From an uncultured Azospirillum sp. (GTDB lineage: Bacteria; Pseudomonadota; Alphaproteobacteria; CACIAM-22H2): a stretch of 64,000 bases of DNA. Position 1 is the stretch's first letter. Each line of letters opens with the position of its first letter. Shown here in pieces: positions 58,965 to 64,000 of the stretch. The translations under genes and the position numbers were made by a program. The stretch covers positions 64,518 to 128,517 of the forward strand of contig CAYQDN010000004.1 of assembly GCA_964416335.1 (NCBI GenBank). Direction: 5' to 3'. The notes beneath the pieces are model-generated. The model did no database searches. It was given only the letters and a program-made list of their open reading frames with translations, and had not been told where the DNA came from.

Positions 58965-59738
58965 GTGAAATCTGAGCCAGTTGCCATCATCACTGCGGGC
59001 GCAGGGGCAATCGGGGGAGCTTGCGCGCGCGAGTTGAATGCCCGCGGGTATCGTCTTGTGCTTATGTCCACTTCCGGCAAAGCGGAAGAGCTGGCGGCGG
59101 AGCTCGGTGGTGTCGGATTTTCGGGATCTGTGACTGACACCAATGCATTGCGGCACTGCGTAGAGCTCGCAGAAGCTCATTTCGGGCGAGTCGATGCGGT
59201 CGTTAACAATACTGGGCATACGCGTTCCGTCGATACCGGTGAGCTACTATGGAACCGCGATTATCAAGGGTACCGAGTGAAGCCGGACGCGACCGACGAC
59301 TATATGTTGGAAATCAGTGACGACGATTGGCACGCCGCTCTGGATCTCTTGTTCCTTAACGTGGTCCGCATGGCGAGGTTTGCGACGGACGTGATCAGGC
59401 GGTCGGGGGGCGGATCTATCGTCAATGTATCAAGCTACGTCGCAAAAGAGCCGAGCCTATCGTTACCTGTTGGCTCCTCCATTCGCGGTGCGCTGGGCAA
59501 CTTTACCAAGCTCTATTCGGATCGTTATGGTGCGGACGGTATCCGGATGAATACCGTATTGCCTGGTCACGTCGAAAATTGGCCGGGTCGGGAGAAGGTA
59601 AAAGACCTGATACCACTCGGACGCTCTGCGGGCGTCGATGAAATTGGTAAAGTGGTAGGATTTTTGGTTTCGCCGGACTCCGGATACATGACCGGGCAAA
59701 GCATTCTGGTCGATGGCGGGCGGAATCGCGCGCCGTGA
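58965..59738 (+). CDS. SDR-family oxidoreductase
   Basis: ITAGAGAIGGACAREL cofactor-binding motif, NNTG motif, and catalytic Y-x3-K (YVAKEPSLS region). Confidence 0.85.
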   Translation: MKSEPVAIITAGAGAIGGACARELNARGYRLVLMSTSGKAEELAAELGGVGFSGSVTDTNALRHCVELAEAHFGRVDAVVNNTGHTRSVDTGELLWNRDYQGYRVKPDATDDYMLEISDDDWHAALDLLFLNVVRMARFATDVIRRSGGGSIVNVSSYVAKEPSLSLPVGSSIRGALGNFTKLYSDRYGADGIRMNTVLPGHVENWPGREKVKDLIPLGRSAGVDEIGKVVGFLVSPDSGYMTGQSILVDGGRNRAP

Positions 59739-61153
59739 CTCCTGGCAAAGAGCTGTTCCTCGGCTTTCCCGGGACCGGTGATCCCTCGAAGAATCGTTAT
59801 TCCACCACGGAGGGTCGATTTTCGCTGGGACCGCTGTTGTTTCAGCGGATAATGGTTGAACTTGGACTGTCTGCTTCTGCGACGACAGTCATGTTTCAGT
59901 TGTTCCGACTGGCGTTGGAGGGTTACTCCGCAAACGAGAATCTGAGTGCCTTGATCGAAGAGCATTGTGACCTCGATCGGCGGCGAATTGTCGAGGCTCT
60001 CCGCGAACTGAATCCATTACTGATCGGAGTTTCGGGCCCGTTGGTCGGCTGCATCGAGTTATTATTGAAGCGACTGTGCGGCGCAATTGGCGACTGGTAT
60101 CTGCCACTCGACGGTATCGCTACCCGCAGGGCCGCTCTGCGCGCAATCCGAACAGCGCGAGCTGTTGCCGGATCGAAGAGGCGGCCGCCTGAGTTGGTCG
60201 TGCTCACCGGATTTCTCGGTAGCGGAAAGACTACGCTGCTGAATGCGATGCTTCGGCATCGGAAAATGCAAGACGCAATAGTGTTCATAAATGAAGCCGG
60301 CGCGACGCCCGTCGATCAACTCAATGTTAGAGTAAGCGAGGGAGCAGAGGACCCTGTAATGCTAGCCGGTGGATGTCTTTGCTGCCGACTTGGGGAGTCG
60401 TTCGTCGACGATCTCAAAGAAACGATCCGCAAGCGCGATGAAGGCAGAATTCCTTGGTTTGACAGCATTCTCGTCGAAACGAGTGGAATAGCGGACCCCT
60501 CTGCGATCGTTCGTGCGATCCAAGAGGATATCGAACTCCGCCGCATGATTTCGTATCGCGGCACCATCACGACCGTCGATCTTGCCGCGTCGATCGGCGA
60601 TTTGACTGAAGCTCCGGAATCTACCAGCCAGTTGGCGGCTGCGGATTGGGTCGTGCTGACTAAGGCAGATTTGGTCGATGGCGATCGCATCGCAACAGCG
60701 CGGAGTGAGGTCGAAAAGATTCGTCCGGGCGTTCGGATCGTGATCGCGCGGTCGTCGGCCGACGCCGCATCAAATGTCGTCGAAGCGATATCATGCGGTA
60801 GTCCTTTGGCAGAATTCGCCGGTTCGTTCGAGTTAGCTCCGATGCAAGGTCACACAGATCGGTTATCCGTGGTAAACTTACGGGTTGACACCCTATCTGC
60901 AACGGTACTCCGGATATTCTGCGATGTTCTTGCTGCGTCGAAGGGCGAAGAATTTTTTCGAATGAAGGGTGTTGTCGGAATTTTGGGTCGCCGGTCGCCG
61001 CTATTCCTTCAATCTGTTCGCGGCGGTGCGCATTCATTGGAGTGGTTGCCGGAGTATCGCGGAACGCGCGGTATAGTGATCATTGCGCGCCGGCTCGATT
61101 CGGCCTGCGTGAATCGCGTTCTGGCATCGATTACTGCGGCTTTCGGGAATTGA
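59735..61153 (+). CDS. CobW/COG0523-family GTPase (putative metallochaperone) with N-terminal extension
   Basis: [14 protein letters not shown] Walker A, the GCLCC metal-binding motif, a LTKADLV G4-like motif, and a C-terminal CobW_C-like domain. About 150 aa precede the GTPase core. Confidence 0.8.
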   Translation: MTPGKELFLGFPGTGDPSKNRYSTTEGRFSLGPLLFQRIMVELGLSASATTVMFQLFRLALEGYSANENLSALIEEHCDLDRRRIVEALRELNPLLIGVSGPLVGCIELLLKRLCGAIGDWYLPLDGIATRRAALRAIRTARAVAGSKRRPPELVVLTGFLGSGKTTLLNAMLRHRKMQDAIVFINEAGATPVDQLNVRVSEGAEDPVMLAGGCLCCRLGESFVDDLKETIRKRDEGRIPWFDSILVETSGIADPSAIVRAIQEDIELRRMISYRGTITTVDLAASIGDLTEAPESTSQLAAADWVVLTKADLVDGDRIATARSEVEKIRPGVRIVIARSSADAASNVVEAISCGSPLAEFAGSFELAPMQGHTDRLSVVNLRVDTLSATVLRIFCDVLAASKGEEFFRMKGVVGILGRRSPLFLQSVRGGAHSLEWLPEYRGTRGIVIIARRLDSACVNRVLASITAAFGN

Positions 61154-61169
61154 CAGACGTTGCGCCGGT

Positions 61170-61592
61170 TTAACCGACGCGATGTTCTTCGAGGATTGAG
61201 ACGGCAGTCAGCAAGCCGCACTTGAGGTGATGCCAGGTTCTGGTTCGATAATTGTGATCATGGATCAGGCTAAGTTCCCAGAACGACACCGACGGATCTG
61301 AATTTAGGTGCCACTCGGCAAGGACAGCGCCATCAGAACCCCACGCCCGCCCGGAGATCGCATCGCTCGCTATGGCAACATCCCCCAAAGCCGAAATTTT
61401 CCCCGACACACGTGATTTGGAGATCGTGCCATCTTCGGATTTCCGCGTGTTGTGAATGGAGAGTGTATTTCCGGCGATCGAGCAATCCACGTCGAGCGTC
61501 CACGTACCCATGGGCGAGCCTTTGGGATCGACCGTGCGAACGATGCCTGTCCACTTGCCCGCCATATGCTGAAATTCTTTCGACCAGTTCAT
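61170..61592 (-). CDS. hypothetical protein
   Basis: 140-aa ORF with balanced composition and an ATG start. No motif assigned. Confidence 0.4.
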   Translation of the reverse strand: MNWSKEFQHMAGKWTGIVRTVDPKGSPMGTWTLDVDCSIAGNTLSIHNTRKSEDGTISKSRVSGKISALGDVAIASDAISGRAWGSDGAVLAEWHLNSDPSVSFWELSLIHDHNYRTRTWHHLKCGLLTAVSILEEHRVG

Positions 61593-61810
61593 CGGTCCTC
61601 ATGCTTTTATTGTTTAAAAAGATATTTCATGGTAGAAATTGATGGCGTATCAGTCAAGGGATTTAAGCGCATCTTCTATGTTCTCGATGGTCTGATGACC
61701 TAATGTTAGGCAGGCCTTAATGGTAGGTGGGTGCATCGCTGTTTGAGCGAGAAGGGAGATTCGGTTAGCCGAGTGTCCGGAGAAACCTGACGAGAATTGG
61801 GAGCCATTGT

Positions 61811-63409
61811 TTGGCGAAACAGAGTTCCAGCAAGCAGGCGGTGGCAAAGGTCGCGATCGTCGAGCCGCAGCAAAACCGATATCATATCGATGCAATCCAG
61901 CGTGGTCTGGATGTCTTGTGGCTATTTAAAGATGGCCGCTACCAGCTGACACTCGCCGAAATCAGCCGGACGACCGGCGCTGTTCCCTCAACCACCTTGA
62001 GGATTGTTGAGACTCTCAAGGACATGGGGGCAATTGAAGAAATTGGAGACAGCGGGTTATATCGACCGGGGCCTGCGGTTCTCAGGCTTGGCTCCAACTT
62101 CATTTTGACGTGCGAACTGCGGGAGATTGCACGGCCCTGCTTGCTGCGCTTGAGCGAAACCGTAGGAGAGCCGATCGCTCTCGCAATCAAGCAGGATGAC
62201 GAAGTTTTTTTCGTCGATTGCATCGGTGGAAATTCCCCGATGTCTTTTCATCTGCAGATCGGAGCCGCAGTTCCTGCACACCTATCCGCTGCCGGGCGGG
62301 TGATCCTCGCTCTTTCGGGCCAAAATCCAAGTAAATTGAGCGCGCAGGAAAGCGTCGATTCTCGGATCCTGGCCCAAGCGCGACAATTGGGGTATGCGAC
62401 CCAAGACGGGGAGGTGACCAGCGGCCTGCGGTCGATCGCAGCGCCGATTTTCGACGAGAATGGGCGTGCTTTTGCCGCTGTCGTCATCGCGGTCGGCATG
62501 AGCCAATACGACGCTTCGGAACTCACGCGCGATATGGCGCCACTGCTGGTCGGCACGGCCGCTGAAATATCGACGAGATTTCGTGCTCAGCGCGCCGCGG
62601 CAAATCGTCCCGAAGCGCCAGTCATTCCGCCGCAGGGGTATCCGAAGAGCAACAGCAGGTATCACGTCGAGGCTTTGGCGAAGAGCTTTCAAGTATTTGA
62701 ATGCTTCTCGGCGGCGTCGCCGCGTCTACTTCTTACCGAGATTTCTAAGGCGACGAAGATCAACACATCAACGGTCTTTCGGATTGCAAGTACGCTTAAG
62801 TCGGTCGGACTTCTCGATGAGGATTCGACCGGCCGGTATCAGCTTGCGCCAAAGGTAATAACCCTCGGATATCGAGCGCTGCTCTCGCTCGATCTGAAGG
62901 AGTTTCTCGAACCGCCGATGACCGACCTGCATATTCGGTCCGGGGAATCGGTTTACCTGAGCATTCTCGTTGGAACCGAGGCGTTCGATATCGCGAGCTT
63001 CCGCAAACCGGGTATGGTCTCCACCACTGGACGATCGTATCCGCTTTATTGCACGCCTGGCGGTAAGATCTGGCTCGCGTTCATGCCGGGTGAAGCTGCT
63101 TCACGGATTCTCGATTCGATCCAACTCGTCCCCCGAGCGGCGAGGACTATTACCGATCGGGCGACGATAGAAAGCGAGCTCGAGAGAATCCGGACCGAGC
63201 GTCTATGCGAAGTTTATGAGGAGTATCTTCCGGGTGTATCGGGCGTCGCGGCACCGATTCTTGACAGCTCCGAACGTTGTGTGGCGTCGGTCGCCGTCTC
63301 GTTCAGCTCTGTTATACGGGAGAACCAGAAGCGCCGTCTGGAAATGATCAAACTGGTCAAAAGCGCAGCCGAAGACATGTCGACGCGACTGCGCTGGCGC
63401 TTCACTTAA
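61811..63409 (+). CDS. fused tandem IclR-family transcriptional regulator (two HTH plus effector modules)
   Basis: Two complete IclR units in a single ORF: QRGLDVLWLF...LAEISRTTGAVPSTTLRIVETLKDMG and EALAKSFQVFECF...LTEISKATKINTSTVFRIASTLKSVG, each followed by an IclR effector domain. The TTG start is uncertain. Confidence 0.7.
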   Translation: MAKQSSSKQAVAKVAIVEPQQNRYHIDAIQRGLDVLWLFKDGRYQLTLAEISRTTGAVPSTTLRIVETLKDMGAIEEIGDSGLYRPGPAVLRLGSNFILTCELREIARPCLLRLSETVGEPIALAIKQDDEVFFVDCIGGNSPMSFHLQIGAAVPAHLSAAGRVILALSGQNPSKLSAQESVDSRILAQARQLGYATQDGEVTSGLRSIAAPIFDENGRAFAAVVIAVGMSQYDASELTRDMAPLLVGTAAEISTRFRAQRAAANRPEAPVIPPQGYPKSNSRYHVEALAKSFQVFECFSAASPRLLLTEISKATKINTSTVFRIASTLKSVGLLDEDSTGRYQLAPKVITLGYRALLSLDLKEFLEPPMTDLHIRSGESVYLSILVGTEAFDIASFRKPGMVSTTGRSYPLYCTPGGKIWLAFMPGEAASRILDSIQLVPRAARTITDRATIESELERIRTERLCEVYEEYLPGVSGVAAPILDSSERCVASVAVSFSSVIRENQKRRLEMIKLVKSAAEDMSTRLRWRFT

Positions 63410-63527
63410 AGTTATTTGTCGAGCGGATTTGTTCAGGTGCCGCGCTCAGCGAAACGCAGGCCGGGGCTTGTTATTCAATTTTTTTTGTGATAAATGTTTA
63501 TTTCGATAGATAAACATAGAGGCCGAA

Positions 63528-64000
63528 ATGTCCGATCTGCCGATTTTCTCTCAAAAGGGCCCGCTGCTCGTCCTGCCCCCCGAAACCGGCCATTCGCATT
63601 GGATGCCCGACCAGGGTGGTTTTACGACCACGATTGTTAGCCCATGCGACTATCCAACCCTTGGATACTCAATGGGAATTCAGCGACTTGAGGTTGGCGA
63701 AACGGTGCCAGAGCACTATCACGATAGGCACGAAGAGCTATTTTACATCACGCAAGGAAGCGGCAGAGCAATCTTGGGCGGTGCCGAGCATAGGTTTGCG
63801 GAAGGGTACACGCTACTCTTCGGCCGGAATGTGTCGCATCAGATCTTCAATGACGGCGACAAGCCTCTGGTGTGGGTTTGGATATTCAACCCGCCTGGAC
63901 TGGAGCACGTGCTTGCCGGCGTTGGCACACCTCGCGCGCCTGGACAGAAGCGTCCCGCTGAGGTTCCCCGCCCGACCGAAGTCAGTCCACTTGTCCAATG
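63528..64000 (+). CDS. cupin-domain protein (partial, 3-prime end beyond window)
   Basis: ATG at 63528. Cupin motifs G(X)5HXH-like PEHYHDRHEELFYITQGSG and GxxxxxxH (VSHQIF). The frame stays open to the window end. Confidence 0.6.
   Translation, partial: MSDLPIFSQKGPLLVLPPETGHSHWMPDQGGFTTTIVSPCDYPTLGYSMGIQRLEVGETVPEHYHDRHEELFYITQGSGRAILGGAEHRFAEGYTLLFGRNVSHQIFNDGDKPLVWVWIFNPPGLEHVLAGVGTPRAPGQKRPAEVPRPTEVSPLVQ

Noticed and set aside
1-64000. CRISPR arrays, rRNA genes, additional tRNAs
   Set aside because: No regularly spaced short direct repeats with unique spacers, and no rRNA-like conserved stretches, were seen. Only the one tRNA-Thr has a convincing cloverleaf.

Overview
This 64-kb window is a mosaic of a high-GC (roughly 65-70%) alphaproteobacterial-type chromosome and two lower-GC accessory regions. 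GC judgements are by eye only.

(1) 1-10.1 kb, core-like: small secreted proteins, an NAD-dependent epimerase, a SelA-family PLP enzyme next to an amino-acid ABC transporter (substrate-binding protein, two permeases, ATPase), a ModA-like binding protein, an isochorismatase-like hydrolase and a DUF1345 membrane protein.

(2) 10.1-28.5 kb, about 18 kb at roughly 50% GC: an integrative mobilizable element beginning at a tRNA-Thr(TGT) gene. Backbone: tyrosine integrase, AlpA-like excisionase, a ParA-like ATPase, an iteron array with an AT-rich tract, MobC and a relaxase. Cargo is a defense island: a 1266-aa protein with a C-terminal NERD/PD-(D/E)xK nuclease-like domain; a NERD/RHH/hypothetical operon under a divergent XRE regulator; a two-gene short prokaryotic Argonaute system of the SPARDA architecture (DUF4365/DREN-APAZ plus a MID-PIWI short pAgo, translationally coupled); and a truncated MmeI-like type IIL/IIG restriction-modification gene at the island edge.

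(3) 28.6-35.3 kb, high GC: a complete sulfate-assimilation cluster, sbp-cysTWA convergent with cysH-cysD-cysNC. GC drops abruptly inside cysH.

(4) 35.3-64 kb, about 50-55% GC, a second accessory-like region: an AbiEi/AbiEii type IV toxin-antitoxin pair with a palindromic operator; an IS3-family (IS407-group) element with a frameshifted orfB; a TetR regulator; 3-hydroxyacyl-CoA dehydrogenase; a second amino-acid ABC transporter; a 2-hydroxyacid dehydrogenase; an M24 peptidase; two paralogous tandem-RidA proteins; a 300-bp extremely AT-rich tract beside a flavin-reductase gene fragment; cyclase and alpha/beta-hydrolase genes; a polyamine-type ABC transporter; CMD, SDR and CobW-type GTPase genes; a fused double IclR regulator; and a partial cupin gene running off the window end.

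No rRNA genes or CRISPR arrays were seen. Many Arg-rich overlapping ORFs in the high-GC parts are judged to be frame artefacts.
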